DNA of 64,000 nt from an uncultured Armatimonadetes bacterium (GTDB lineage Bacteria > Armatimonadota > Hebobacteria > Hebobacterales > Hebobacteraceae). The notes below the pieces were generated by a model that worked only from the letters and a program-made list of their open reading frames with translations, was not told the DNA's origin and made no database searches. The position numbers and the translations under genes were made by a program. The stretch spans positions 1,728,001-1,792,000 of the forward strand of contig OY970296.1 of NCBI GenBank assembly GCA_963716175.1, given 5' to 3'. This document shows, in pieces, positions 39,509-49,218 of the stretch (within the stretch, counting starts at the first letter, position 1; every line of letters begins with the position of its first letter).

Positions 39509-40972
39509 TCAGGCCTGGGGCCTCATCTGGGGGAAGAGGATCACGTCGCGGATGGAGGGGGCATCCGCGAGCAGCATCACCAGGCGGTCCACGCCCAGGC
39601 CAATGCCACCCGTGGGCGGCATTCCGTACTCCAGTCCGCGAACGTAGTCTTCGTCCATGGGATGGGCCTCCAGGTCACCGGCCGCCCGCGAGCGCGCCTG
39701 CTGCTCGAAGCGCCGCCGCTGCTCCTCCGGATCGTTCAGCTCGGAGAAGGCGTTCCCCAGCTCCAGCCCCCCGATGAAGGGCTCGAAACGCTCGGCCAGC
39801 CCGGCATCATCTGATCTGGCCTTGGCCAGTGGGGAGATGGCGACAGGGTAGTCGGTGATGAAAGTAGGGGCGATCAGGGAGGGCTGGACGAACTCCTCGA
39901 AGATGTTGTTGACGATGGTGCTGAGCGGCAGGTCCGGCTCAGCGGGGAGGCCCTTTGCGGCCGCGGCCTGCCGGGCCTGCTCCGGGGTGGCGAGCTGCCG
40001 AGGGGAGATGCCGGCCTTCTCCTCAATCACGTCCGGGAGGGCGAGCCGGCGCCAGGGGGGAGTGAGGTCCACCTCCTGGCCCTGATAGGTGAAGTGCAGC
40101 TTTCCCAAGGCCTCCTCGGCGGCGGCGCAGACCATGCCCTCGAACAGCGTCATCATGTCATGGTAATCGGCGTAGGCCTGATAGGCCTCCAGCATGGTGA
40201 ACTCGGGGTTGTGGCGGGTGGAGATTCCCTCATTGCGCAGCACGCGGCCGATCTCGTAGACTCGCTCCAGGCCGCCCACGATCAGCCGCTTCAGGTAGAG
40301 CTCGGTGGCGATGCGCAGATAGAAGTCGGCGTCCAGGGCGTTGTGGTGCGTGATGAAGGGCCGGGCGAGCGCGCCCCCGGGGATGGGCTGGAGCATGGGC
40401 GTGTCTACTTCCAGGAAGCCGCGCTCGTCGAGGAAGCGGCGCAGCGCGCTCACGGCCTTGCTGCGGATGAGGAAGGTGCGTCGGGAATCCTGGTTGGCGA
40501 TCAGGTCCAGATAGCGCTGGCGATAGCGGAGCTCGACATCCCGGAGGCCGTGCCACTTCTCGGGAGGCGGCCGGAGCGCCTTGGCGAGCAGGAGGAAGCT
40601 GGCGACCTCGACGGTGATCTCGCCAGTGCGAGTGCGCAGAGCCACTCCCTCTGCGCCAAGCAGATCGCCGGTGTCGAGGCTGGGTAGCCGGAGGTACTGC
40701 TCTTCGCCGAGGCGGTCGAGCCGGAAGAGGAGCTGAATCCGCCCGGAGACATCGTCGAGGTCGGCGAAGGTGGCCTTGCCGTGTCGGCGCTGGGCGCCGA
40801 GGCGGCCAGCGACCCGGACGTGGGCCCCCTCCAGGGAGGGGAAAGAGTCGTGGATCTGGGCGGCGAGGTGGGTGCGGTCGAAGCGGGTGATGAGGAAGGG
40901 GTCGCGGCCTGCGGCGCGGAGGCGGGCTAGCTTTTCCCGGCGCTGGCGGACCAGCTCGTTGTCATCTCGCAC
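39509..40972 (-). CDS. lysS: Lysine-tRNA ligase (class II)
   Basis: PEKWHGL.D.ELRYRQRYLDLI, GGALARPF.THHNAL, RNEGISTRHNPEF, YGMPPTGG.G.G.DRL. Confidence 0.97.
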   Translation of the reverse strand: MRDDNELVRQRREKLARLRAAGRDPFLITRFDRTHLAAQIHDSFPSLEGAHVRVAGRLGAQRRHGKATFADLDDVSGRIQLLFRLDRLGEEQYLRLPSLDTGDLLGAEGVALRTRTGEITVEVASFLLLAKALRPPPEKWHGLRDVELRYRQRYLDLIANQDSRRTFLIRSKAVSALRRFLDERGFLEVDTPMLQPIPGGALARPFITHHNALDADFYLRIATELYLKRLIVGGLERVYEIGRVLRNEGISTRHNPEFTMLEAYQAYADYHDMMTLFEGMVCAAAEEALGKLHFTYQGQEVDLTPPWRRLALPDVIEEKAGISPRQLATPEQARQAAAAKGLPAEPDLPLSTIVNNIFEEFVQPSLIAPTFITDYPVAISPLAKARSDDAGLAERFEPFIGGLELGNAFSELNDPEEQRRRFEQQARSRAAGDLEAHPMDEDYVRGLEYGMPPTGGIGLGVDRLVMLLADAPSIRDVILFPQMRPQA

Positions 40973-41000
40973 CCCTTCGCCCCTGTGCGCCACGCGCCGC

Positions 41001-41474
41001 TCACTCGCCGAGGGACAGAATGACGTAAGTGCGGGCCCCGCCGGGGGTCTGCACCTGCAAGGTCTCGCCTGGGCCATGCCCGATGACGGCCTCACCCAAA
41101 GGAGACTGGTTGGAGATGCGATGCTCGGCCGGATTGGCCTCGAGCGCGCCCACGATGTGGTACTCGGCCTCTTCGCCGCTGTCCACATCCCGGAGCTTGA
41201 CCCGGGAACCGACGCCTACCCGCCCCTGGTTGTCGGGGTGGTCCACGATCACGGCGTTGTGGAGAATATACTGAAGGGCCTCGATGCGGCCCTCGAGCTG
41301 GGCCTGCTCGGCCTTGGCGGCCTCGTACTCCGAGTTCTCCCCGATCTCACCGAACTGCTTGGCCTCCCGGATGCGGTCGGCGACGCGCTTGCGCGCCACC
41401 GACTTGAGTTCGTCCAGTTCGGCGGTGAGCTTCTTCAGGCCCTCTGGAGTAAGGACGGTCTCCTGCTTCGCCAT
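41001..41474 (-). CDS. greA: Transcription elongation factor GreA
   Basis: LTPEG..KL..EL, FGEIGENSEYEAAK, ISNQSPLG. Confidence 0.93.
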   Translation of the reverse strand: MAKQETVLTPEGLKKLTAELDELKSVARKRVADRIREAKQFGEIGENSEYEAAKAEQAQLEGRIEALQYILHNAVIVDHPDNQGRVGVGSRVKLRDVDSGEEAEYHIVGALEANPAEHRISNQSPLGEAVIGHGPGETLQVQTPGGARTYVILSLGE

Positions 41475-41697
41475 CTCACCTGCTCCCAGCGCTCAGGCCC
41501 CCGCCTGAGGGAGCTGCTTGCGCTGCGGCGGCAGATCTGTGTGCGATTTGAGCAAGAAGCTCGGATCCACGAGTGTCGGGCACATACCGCGCGCCACTGC
41601 CATGCTCAGAACTCGCCAAATAAGCGATAAGCACTGACCCTCTCCTGGGTGCCAGAAGCGATCAGTGCCGTTCCATGAGTGCACATGAAACAAGAAA

Positions 41698-41726
41698 AAC
41701 ATACCACAAAACGCCGCCCAAGTCAA
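41698..41726 (-). promoter_or_regulatory. Sigma70 promoter for greA-lysS
   Basis: TTGACT-17 bp-TATGTT with extended TG. Confidence 0.6.
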
Positions 41727-41897
41727 TTGCAGGAGAGCAGGATGTGTCAGCAGCGCCGGGCAGGGGAATGCCTGCCCGGCAAAGGGCCTGCGTTGTGGCG
41801 CCGCGGCGGGCGTGCTATAATCGGCGGGACCACACCGCAGCGACTCTGGCGATGCTCGCCGCGGGGAGGGCCCAGGGCCAGGCAGGGCAGGAGAGCA

Positions 41898-42848
41898 GTG
41901 GATAAGGCGACTTGGACGGCCGAGCGGGCGCAGGCGATAATCCGGGAGATCGAGACCGTGATCGTGGGGAAGCACCAGCCAGTGGAGCTGGTGGCGATCG
42001 GTCTGTTGTGCAACGGGCATGTGCTGATCGAGGACATCCCCGGCGTGGGGAAGACGATGCTGGCCAAGGCGCTGGCGGGAGCCCTGGGCGCCACCTATCG
42101 GCGGGTCCAGTTCACTCCGGATCTGCTGCCCGCAGACATCACCGGCACCTCGATCTTCAACCAGAAGACGGCGGAGTTCGTGTTCCGGGAGGGGCCCATC
42201 TTCACCAATGTGCTGCTGGCAGATGAGATCAACCGCGCCACCCCGAAGACGCAGTCGAGCTTGCTGGAGTGTATGGAGGAGTTCCAGGTGACGGTGGACG
42301 GGGCCACTCACGTGCTGGCGCGGCCCTTTCTCGTGATCGCTACGGAGAACCCCATCGAGTACCGGGGGACCTATCCTCTGCCAGAGGCCCAGCTGGATCG
42401 CTTTCTGATGCGTATCCACATGGGCTACCCAAGTCCGCAGGATGAGGTCACGGTGCTGGATCGGCAGATGAAGCGACACCCGATCTACTCGGTGAAGCCG
42501 GTGGTGAAGACCGAAGAAGTGCTGGAGATGCAGGAGCACGTGAAGGACGTCCACATAGACGCCTCGCTGAAGCAGTACCTGGTGGACCTGGTGTGGGCGA
42601 CGCGAGAGCACCCGCTGCTGGCCCTGGGGGCGAGCCCGCGGGCCTCGCTGGGGCTGCTGCACGCGGGGCAGGCGAGGGCGGCGCTGCAAGGCCGGGAGTA
42701 CGTGTTGCCTGATGACATCAAAGCGGTGGCGCCGGCGGTGCTCTGTCACCGGATCTTCCTGAAGCCAGAGGCGCGAGTGCGCCACACCGATGCCTCGCAG
42801 GTCGTGTCCGAGGTGCTGGATCAGGTGCCGGTTCCGGCGGTGCAGTGA
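41898..42848 (+). CDS. MoxR-family AAA+ ATPase
   Basis: GHVLIEDIPGVGKT, RVQFTPDLLP.DI.G, DEINRATPKTQS.LLE, TYPLPEAQLDRF, GASPR. Confidence 0.95.
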   Translation: MDKATWTAERAQAIIREIETVIVGKHQPVELVAIGLLCNGHVLIEDIPGVGKTMLAKALAGALGATYRRVQFTPDLLPADITGTSIFNQKTAEFVFREGPIFTNVLLADEINRATPKTQSSLLECMEEFQVTVDGATHVLARPFLVIATENPIEYRGTYPLPEAQLDRFLMRIHMGYPSPQDEVTVLDRQMKRHPIYSVKPVVKTEEVLEMQEHVKDVHIDASLKQYLVDLVWATREHPLLALGASPRASLGLLHAGQARAALQGREYVLPDDIKAVAPAVLCHRIFLKPEARVRHTDASQVVSEVLDQVPVPAVQ

Positions 42849-42867
42849 GCGCGGCCGGGCAGCCCAG

Positions 42868-43521
42868 ATGCAAGACCCGCTAACCAGGATCGTGGTCAGC
42901 CTGCCGGCTTTCCTGCTGGCGATCGTGCTGCACGAGCTGGCCCATGGTTATGTGGCCTACCTGCTGGGCGATGATACGGCGAAGCGGGCGGGGCGGCTGA
43001 CCATCTCGCCGCTAGCTCACCTGGATCCGGTGGGTACCCTCTTCTTCCTGCTGTCGAGCTGGTTCGGCTTCGGGTTTGGGTGGGCGAAGCCGGTGCCAGT
43101 GACGATGCAGCGCCTGCGCAACCCCTGGCGGGACGAGGTGCTGGTGACACTGGCGGGGCCGGGGGCTAACCTGGTGCAGGCGGTGGTCTGGGCCCTACTG
43201 GTGCGGCTGGTGCTCTCACCCGGGGTGGCCCACGCGCTGGGGGGCAGTCTGACCGAGGCCTTGAGCCTGTTCTGCCTGTTCGGAGCGGCGCTGAACGTGG
43301 TGCTGATGGTGTTCAATCTGCTGCCGATCCCGCCGCTGGATGGATCGCACGTGGCGCTGCGGCTGCTGGGGTCGCGCGACCCCTACCTGGTCGGGCGGTT
43401 GGCCCCGCTGGGGTTCATTGTGCTCTTTCTGCTGGTGAGCACACGCGCTTTCGGGCTGCTGCTGGTGCTGGTGGTGGGCCCGCTGGTGAGCCGATTGGTC
43501 GGTTTCCCGGTCAGCCTGTGA
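42868..43521 (+). CDS. Site-2 protease (M50 family)
   Basis: HELAHG, GWAKPVP, LAGPGAN, FNLLPIPPLDG. Confidence 0.93.
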   Translation: MQDPLTRIVVSLPAFLLAIVLHELAHGYVAYLLGDDTAKRAGRLTISPLAHLDPVGTLFFLLSSWFGFGFGWAKPVPVTMQRLRNPWRDEVLVTLAGPGANLVQAVVWALLVRLVLSPGVAHALGGSLTEALSLFCLFGAALNVVLMVFNLLPIPPLDGSHVALRLLGSRDPYLVGRLAPLGFIVLFLLVSTRAFGLLLVLVVGPLVSRLVGFPVSL

Positions 43522-43591
43522 GCGGCCCGGGAGCGCACGGGTCGGCTTGACCAAACTCGGCTGGCGGGTATACTTGAAGGAGGCTGGGAGC

Positions 43592-43667
43592 GCGGGGATA
43601 GCTCAGTTGGTAGAGCGCTAGCCTTCCAAGCTGGATGTCGCGGGTTCGAGTCCCGTTCCCCGCTCCA
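43592..43667 (+). tRNA. tRNA-Gly (TCC)
   Basis: Cloverleaf, anticodon TCC, GTTCGAGTC T-arm, encoded CCA; TTGACC-16-TATACT promoter upstream. Confidence 0.96.
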
Positions 43668-43705
43668 GCATATGGCGAGAGTCTGGAATAGGAGGTCGAG
43701 CACTC

Positions 43706-44287
43706 ATGGGACCTGGTGAGAAGAAGGTGGCGATTGCTCTGGTGGTGGTGCTGGCGGCGCTGGTGGCGGTGTACGTGCTGGTGCCAAACCTGGGGGTGAA
43801 GCCCAGCGACATGCCCATGGGCCCTGGCATGGCGGCCGCGCGTGGTGGGGGTCAGGGGCCGGGCGCAGCGGGGGCTAAGGCCTCGGGCGCCAAGGGCGCG
43901 GCGACGCAAGACGCAGGCTGCGCGACCGGCGGAGGCGGCGGCAACTACGTCAAGACCCAGGAGTTCGGCAAGGCGGGCGCGAAGCTCGAGATCATCGCCC
44001 TGCTGCCGATCACTCATGGCTGCCACACCGCGACCGAGGGGGAGCTGAAGAAGATCCAGCAGAAGCACCCGGATCAGATCCATCTTACCATCGTTGACCT
44101 GTTCGGGCCGGATGCAGCCAAGTACAAGGAGAAGGTGGGTGGCGGCACTCGCACCCTGGTGGCCATCAACGGCAAGACCAGCTTCACCCTGGACGGGCGC
44201 AGCGTGCAGTTGGAGCGACAGGAAGGCATGAGCTACAAGCCGGCCGACCTGGAGCCCCTTGTGGAACAACAGCTCAAGGCGAGCTGA
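43706..44287 (+). CDS. Hypothetical membrane-anchored protein
   Basis: AGGAGG RBS, N-terminal TM helix, Gly/Ala linker, globular C-domain with HGCH. Confidence 0.6.
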   Translation: MGPGEKKVAIALVVVLAALVAVYVLVPNLGVKPSDMPMGPGMAAARGGGQGPGAAGAKASGAKGAATQDAGCATGGGGGNYVKTQEFGKAGAKLEIIALLPITHGCHTATEGELKKIQQKHPDQIHLTIVDLFGPDAAKYKEKVGGGTRTLVAINGKTSFTLDGRSVQLERQEGMSYKPADLEPLVEQQLKAS

Positions 44288-44340
44288 CCGTCGGGCGAAG
44301 CCGAAGATAGCACAAGCTGACAGCACTGGCTGGGGTCTGC

Positions 44341-44417
44341 GCGCCCGTAGCTCAGATGGATAGAGCGGCTGCCTTCTAAGCAGCGGGTCGCAGGTTCGAA
44401 TCCTGCCGGGCGTACCA
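44341..44417 (+). tRNA. tRNA-Arg (TCT)
   Basis: Cloverleaf, anticodon TCT, GTTCGAATC, encoded CCA. Confidence 0.96.
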
Positions 44418-44509
44418 GAGAGTGGAAAAGCGAGGCTAAGCCTCGCTTTTTCGCGTTTGCGACACCGGGAATTGACACGCGTGGTATAATCTGTGTGGAG
44501 GGACAGGGA

Positions 44510-44788
44510 ATGGCCGATTGCGCCGAGACAATAGGTATCGAAGCTCTGCGCGAGGAGCTCGTCTTCTATGAGTCAAAGAAGGCAGAGTGGCTGCTGGCCC
44601 ACGAAGGCAAGTTCGTGCTTATCAAAGGCAGCAAGCTTCTCGGGGTCTTCGAGACCCAGGAGCAAGCTTACTCGGAGGGCCTGCAGCAGCTCGGCAACAC
44701 CCCGTTCCTGATCAAGCAGGTAATGAAGGAAGAGCCGGTCCAGAGCATTCCAGCCCTACATTTCGGACTGATCCGTGCCCGTTCTTAG
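44510..44788 (+). CDS. Small DUF5678-like protein
   Basis: EL.FYE..K.EWL..HEGKFVLIKG.....F.T...AY..G......PFLIKQV. Confidence 0.7.
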   Translation: MADCAETIGIEALREELVFYESKKAEWLLAHEGKFVLIKGSKLLGVFETQEQAYSEGLQQLGNTPFLIKQVMKEEPVQSIPALHFGLIRARS

Positions 44789-45239
44789 CGTACACTTTCA
44801 GGCTCAGCTTCAGCCAAGTGTGCTTCTCGCCCGGGAAGGACCGAAGGTCCCTGTCGAACTACGCGTGCCCAAAGAGCTTGAGGAACTCCTCACTCGGCAG
44901 GGCAAGCCAGTACCGCAGCCGGTGAGTGGACTAGGGCTGATTGACACTGGTGCCACCCTGAGCATGGTGGACCGAGGGGCGATCAACCATCTCTGTGTGG
45001 AGCCCGTGGGTTCTGTGAAATTGGTGGGTATTGGTGGCGCGACCGAATCCCCGCTCTATCCTGTCAGGCTCTCAATAGTCCTGCCACCCAACCCGCCGCT
45101 TGTGTCCGGTCAGTTCGCCAATATCACTGCCGGGCCACTGAAAGAGCAAGGGCTGCTCTGCCTCCTCGGACGGGATGTTCTGCAGCACGCGCTGTTCGTC
45201 TATGATGGCGGCGGCGGACACGTTTCTGTCGCCTTCTGA
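44775..45239 (+). CDS. Retropepsin-like (clan AA) aspartyl protease
   Basis: LIDTGATLS catalytic motif and LLGRDVL; overlaps the upstream gene. Confidence 0.82.
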   Translation: MPVLSVHFQAQLQPSVLLAREGPKVPVELRVPKELEELLTRQGKPVPQPVSGLGLIDTGATLSMVDRGAINHLCVEPVGSVKLVGIGGATESPLYPVRLSIVLPPNPPLVSGQFANITAGPLKEQGLLCLLGRDVLQHALFVYDGGGGHVSVAF

Positions 45240-45339
45240 GGCCATGTGAGCCCGAATCCTGCCGGGCGTACTAGGGAGTGGAAAAGCGAGGCTAAGCCTC
45301 GCTTTTTCGCGCTGGTGAGATGAATGGAGGGAGGTCTCA

Positions 45340-46503
45340 TTGGCCGCCTTGTCCTCGCGCGAGCGCCTGCTGACGACGATCAACCACGCGGAGCCCGACC
45401 GCGTGCCTTTCATGTTCCACCTGTTCGAGTACGAGCAGGGGGATCTTCCGCCTCGCCTCCGCCACCGAAACCAGGTGGAGCGGGCGGAGCGGTTGCTAGC
45501 GATGGGGTTGGATGACACCTTGCGGTTCGAACCGCCCTGGCGAATGCATCCCGAGGTGCGCACCCGGGTGTGGAAGGAGCGGCCGGCGGGCGCGCCCTAT
45601 CCGCTGCTGCACAAGGTCTACGAGACGCCAAAGGGCCCGCTGATGCAGGTTGTGAAGCAGACCGAGGACTGGCCCCACGGCGACGACGTGGAGGTGTTCT
45701 CCGACCACAACGTCCCCCGCTCCACGCGTTTCCTGGTGGAGACCGAAGAGGACCTGGAGCGGCTTCCCTTTATCCTGGGAGCGCCCTCCGACGACCACGT
45801 GCGCGCTTTCCGAGAACAGGCGCAGAAGCTGAAGCAGGCCGCGGACAGGCTGGGAGTGGCGGTGGAGGGGCACTGCGGCAGCGGTGCGGACAGCGCCATG
45901 TGGCTGTGCGGCGTGGAGAACTTCATCGTCGCCTGCCAGGAGCGACCCGCCTTCGCGCACCGGGTGTTGCGAGCGATCCAGGATTGGGAAATGTCGCGAC
46001 TCGAGCTCCTGCTAGAAGCAGGGGTCTGCGACATCATCGTGCGCCGCGCCTGGTACGAGGCGCCGGCCTTCTTCTCGCCCAGGATGTTCCGGCAGTTCCT
46101 GTTGGATAACGTGAAGCAGGAAGCAGACCTGGTGCACCAGGCGGGAGCGAAGTTCGAGTACATCCAGACGGTGGGCCCTCAGCATCTGATCCAGGAGTTC
46201 CTGGCCTCGGACATGGATATCCTGTGGGGAGTTGATCCGGTGCAGGGAGGGGCCGACCTGACGCGCCTGAAACGAGAGTGCGGGGACCGCATCTGCTTCG
46301 TCGGCGGAATCAACTCCTTCGTCACCCTGGGGCATGGGAGCCGAGACGAAATCCGGGAGGCGGTGAAACAGGCCATCGCGATCCTGGCGCCGGGCGGGGG
46401 GTTCGTGCTGCTGCCCGTGGACTCCCTCATGCAGGGCATCCCCTGGTCGCAGGTGGAGTGGGCGATCGAGGCCTGGCGGGAGTGGGGCGAGTACGCCTTG
46501 TAG
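45340..46503 (+). CDS. Uroporphyrinogen decarboxylase / MtaA-CmuA superfamily protein
   Basis: SSRERLL......PDRVP, FSP.MF, GDRICFVGGI, LAPGGGFVL. Confidence 0.8.
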   Translation: MAALSSRERLLTTINHAEPDRVPFMFHLFEYEQGDLPPRLRHRNQVERAERLLAMGLDDTLRFEPPWRMHPEVRTRVWKERPAGAPYPLLHKVYETPKGPLMQVVKQTEDWPHGDDVEVFSDHNVPRSTRFLVETEEDLERLPFILGAPSDDHVRAFREQAQKLKQAADRLGVAVEGHCGSGADSAMWLCGVENFIVACQERPAFAHRVLRAIQDWEMSRLELLLEAGVCDIIVRRAWYEAPAFFSPRMFRQFLLDNVKQEADLVHQAGAKFEYIQTVGPQHLIQEFLASDMDILWGVDPVQGGADLTRLKRECGDRICFVGGINSFVTLGHGSRDEIREAVKQAIAILAPGGGFVLLPVDSLMQGIPWSQVEWAIEAWREWGEYAL

Positions 46504-46618
46504 GGCGGGAATGTCCAGGTCGGCTATGGCGACCTGGCAGGCCGGCCGCTGGCGTCGGCGCTCGCGCCTTGACTCGCGCTCGCCGGCGCGGTAGCATTCC
46601 GGTGTTGGTCCTGCGCGC

Positions 46619-46694
46619 GGTGAACGTAGCTCAATGGTAGAGCGCCGGACTGTGGATCCGGTGGTTGGGGGTTCAAATCCCCTCGTTCACCCCA
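46619..46694 (+). tRNA. tRNA-His (GTG)
   Basis: G-1, anticodon GTG, C73 discriminator, CCA; TTGACT-17-TAGCAT promoter at 46569-46597. Confidence 0.96.
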
Positions 46695-47507
46695 TTCTCT
46701 TGGCCGGGATAGCCGGCCCGCTTGGGGCCCAGGTCGGGGGTAAAGGCTGGAGGCGGAGCCTGGGTGCGGTGGTTGGGGGTGGCTAAGCCCAACGGGCCGC
46801 CATGGCGGTCGCCGCTGCCCGGCGACCTAGCCATTCAAATCCCCTCGTTCACCCCATTCTCTTGGCCGGGATAGCCGGCCCGCTTGGGGCCCAGGTCGGG
46901 GGTAAAGGCTGGAGGCGGAGCCTGGGTGCGGTGGTTGGGGGTGGCTAAGCCCAACGGGCCGCCATGGCGGTCGCCGCTGCCCGGCGACCTAGCCATTCAA
47001 ATCCCCTCGTTCACCCCATTCTCCTGGCCGGGATAGCCGGCCCGCTTGGGGCCCAGGTCGGGGGTAAAGGCTGGAGGCGGAGCCTGGGTGCGGTGGTTGG
47101 GGGTGGCTAAGCCCAACGGGCCGCCATGGCGGTCGCCGCTGCCCGGCGACCTAGCCATTCAAATCCCCTCGTTCACCCCATTCTCCTGGCCGGGATAGCC
47201 GGCCCGCTTGGGGCCCAGGTCGGGGGTAAAGGCTGGAGGCGGAGCCTGGGTGCGGTGGTTGGGGGTGGCTAAGCCCAACGGGCCGCCATGGCGGTCGCCG
47301 CTGCCCGGCGACCTAGCCATTCAAATCCCCTCGTTCACCCCATTCTCTTGGCCGGGATAGCCGGCCCGCTTGGGGCCCAGGTCGGGGGTAAAGGCTGGAG
47401 GCGGAGCCTGGGTGCGGTGGTTGGGGGTGGCTAAGCCCGACGGGCCGCCATGGCGGTCGCCGCTGCCCGGCGACCTAGCCATTCAAATCCCCTCGTTCAC
47501 CCCATTC
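46672..47507 (+). repeat. tRNA-His-linked tandem array: 5 x 162 bp plus a 26-bp partial unit
   Basis: Units start TTCAAATCCCCTCGTTCACCCCA at 46672, 46834, 46996, 47158, 47320 and 47482; only two variable positions seen. Confidence 0.95.
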
Positions 47508-47629
47508 CTTGTTGCTCCTGTGGGGCGGGCATAGCTACGCCCGCCATGGCCTGTCTGCAGGAACCGCCTTTCGCCGAGCAGAACCAGGCGCGACCCTTGA
47601 CTTCGGCCCAGCGACGCAGGAGGGACTAG

Positions 47630-49144
47630 GTGAGGAACCAGCTTTTCGCCCGCAAGCCCATCAGCCTGCTGCTGTCGGAGATGGAGGGCGCGCATCGCCT
47701 GCGCCGCGTGCTGGGGCCGATTTCGCTGACCAGCCTGGGCATTGGCTGCGTGATCGGCGCCGGCATCTTCGTCATCACCGGCATTGCCGCGCACGACAAG
47801 GCTGGCCCCTCCCTCATCCTGTCCTTCGTGGTGGCCGGCCTGGCCTGCATCTTCGCCGCGCTCTGCTATGCCGAGTTTGCCTCCATGGTGCCGGTGGCGG
47901 GATCGGCCTATACCTATGCCTATGCCACGCTGGGCGAGCTGTTCGCCTGGATCATCGGCTGGGACCTGATCCTGGAGTACGCGGTGGGAGCGGCGTCCGT
48001 GGCGCATGGCTGGTCGAAGTACTTCCAGAACTTCATCGCCTTGCTCCACATCAACCTGCCCATGGCGCTGAGCACGGCGCCCTTCGACTTCGATCCCGCG
48101 GTGGGCCGCATCCTGGTGACTGGGTCGGTCCTGGACTTGCCTGCGATTGCAGTGGCGGCGATCGTGACTGTTGTGCTGGTGGTCGGCATCCGCGAGAGCG
48201 CCACCTTCAACAACATCATGGTGATGGTGAAGGTGGGGGTGGTGCTGATGGTGATCGCGGTGGGCGCTTTCTATGTGGACCCGCGCAACTGGCACCCATT
48301 CGCGCCCTTCGGGCTCAGCGGCATCAGCATCTTCGGACATACCCTGCTGGGGCAGACGGGAAAGGGGGGTGAGCCCCTGGGCATGCTGGCCGGCGCGGCC
48401 GTGATCTTCTTCGCCTACATCGGGTTCGACTCCGTGTCCACGCATGCGGAGGAGGCCCGCAACCCCCAGCGCGATGTCCCTATCGGGATCATCGCATCGC
48501 TGGTGATCTGCACCGTGCTCTACATCGCAGTCGCGGCCGTGCTCACCGGGATGGTCCCTTCTGATCGGATCAGCGTCGAAGCCCCGGTAGCAGACGCGTT
48601 TCAGCAGCTCGGGCTGACCTGGGCGCGGGCGATCGTCTCGGCGGGGGCGGTCGCCGGCATCACCTCAGTGCTCCTGGTGCTGATGCTCAGCCAGCCGCGG
48701 GTGTGGCTGGCGATGGCTCGCGATGGGCTGGTGCCGCCGGGGTTCTTCGGCGCGGTGCATCCCAGATTTCGCACACCGTGGAAAGCGACCATCCTCACCG
48801 GCATCTTCGTGGGGGCGATGGCGGGCTTCGTGCCGCTCAGGATTCTGGCAGAGCTGGTGAACATCGGGACCCTGCTGGCCTTCGTGATGGTGTGCTCGGC
48901 CGTGCTGATCATGCGCCGGACCAACCCGGAGGCGAAGCGGCCCTTCCGGGCGCCGTTGGTGCCCTTGGTGCCGGTCCTGGGGATTCTGCTCTGTGTGCTG
49001 CTGATGTTCTCGCTGCCAGCGGAGAACTGGCTGCGGCTGGTGGTCTGGCTGGTGATCGGGTTCTGCGTCTATTTCGGATACGGCCGGCATCACAGCGTGA
49101 TGGCGCGGTACGCGGCCCCGGAGCAGGCCCTGCCTACTCAGTAG
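47630..49144 (+). CDS. APC-family amino acid permease
   Basis: GCVIGAGIFV.TG, LCYAEFAS.VPVAGSAYTY, FFAYIGFD, AMARDGL. Confidence 0.93.
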   Translation: MRNQLFARKPISLLLSEMEGAHRLRRVLGPISLTSLGIGCVIGAGIFVITGIAAHDKAGPSLILSFVVAGLACIFAALCYAEFASMVPVAGSAYTYAYATLGELFAWIIGWDLILEYAVGAASVAHGWSKYFQNFIALLHINLPMALSTAPFDFDPAVGRILVTGSVLDLPAIAVAAIVTVVLVVGIRESATFNNIMVMVKVGVVLMVIAVGAFYVDPRNWHPFAPFGLSGISIFGHTLLGQTGKGGEPLGMLAGAAVIFFAYIGFDSVSTHAEEARNPQRDVPIGIIASLVICTVLYIAVAAVLTGMVPSDRISVEAPVADAFQQLGLTWARAIVSAGAVAGITSVLLVLMLSQPRVWLAMARDGLVPPGFFGAVHPRFRTPWKATILTGIFVGAMAGFVPLRILAELVNIGTLLAFVMVCSAVLIMRRTNPEAKRPFRAPLVPLVPVLGILLCVLLMFSLPAENWLRLVVWLVIGFCVYFGYGRHHSVMARYAAPEQALPTQ

Positions 49145-49218
49145 CGGGGCGAGCGACACGCTCCTGCCGTGCCGGCTCTACCTCCGCTGGCAAGCGATAA
49201 GAGGATCGGGATTGCGGC

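Larger units (their letters stand above)
44397..45311 (+). mobile_element. tRNA-Arg-anchored mini-islet bounded by 59-bp direct repeats
   Basis: 44397-44455 (tRNA 3' end + terminator) repeated at 45253-45311 with 2 mismatches. Confidence 0.8.

Noticed and set aside
46780-46833. Archaeal-type tRNA intron at position 53/54
   Set aside because: No convincing bulge-helix-bulge, the units lack an intact tRNA 5' half, and the same element occurs in non-tRNA contexts.
46672-47507. CRISPR array
   Set aside because: Units are almost fully identical with no unique spacers, derive from tRNA-His, and no cas genes are present.
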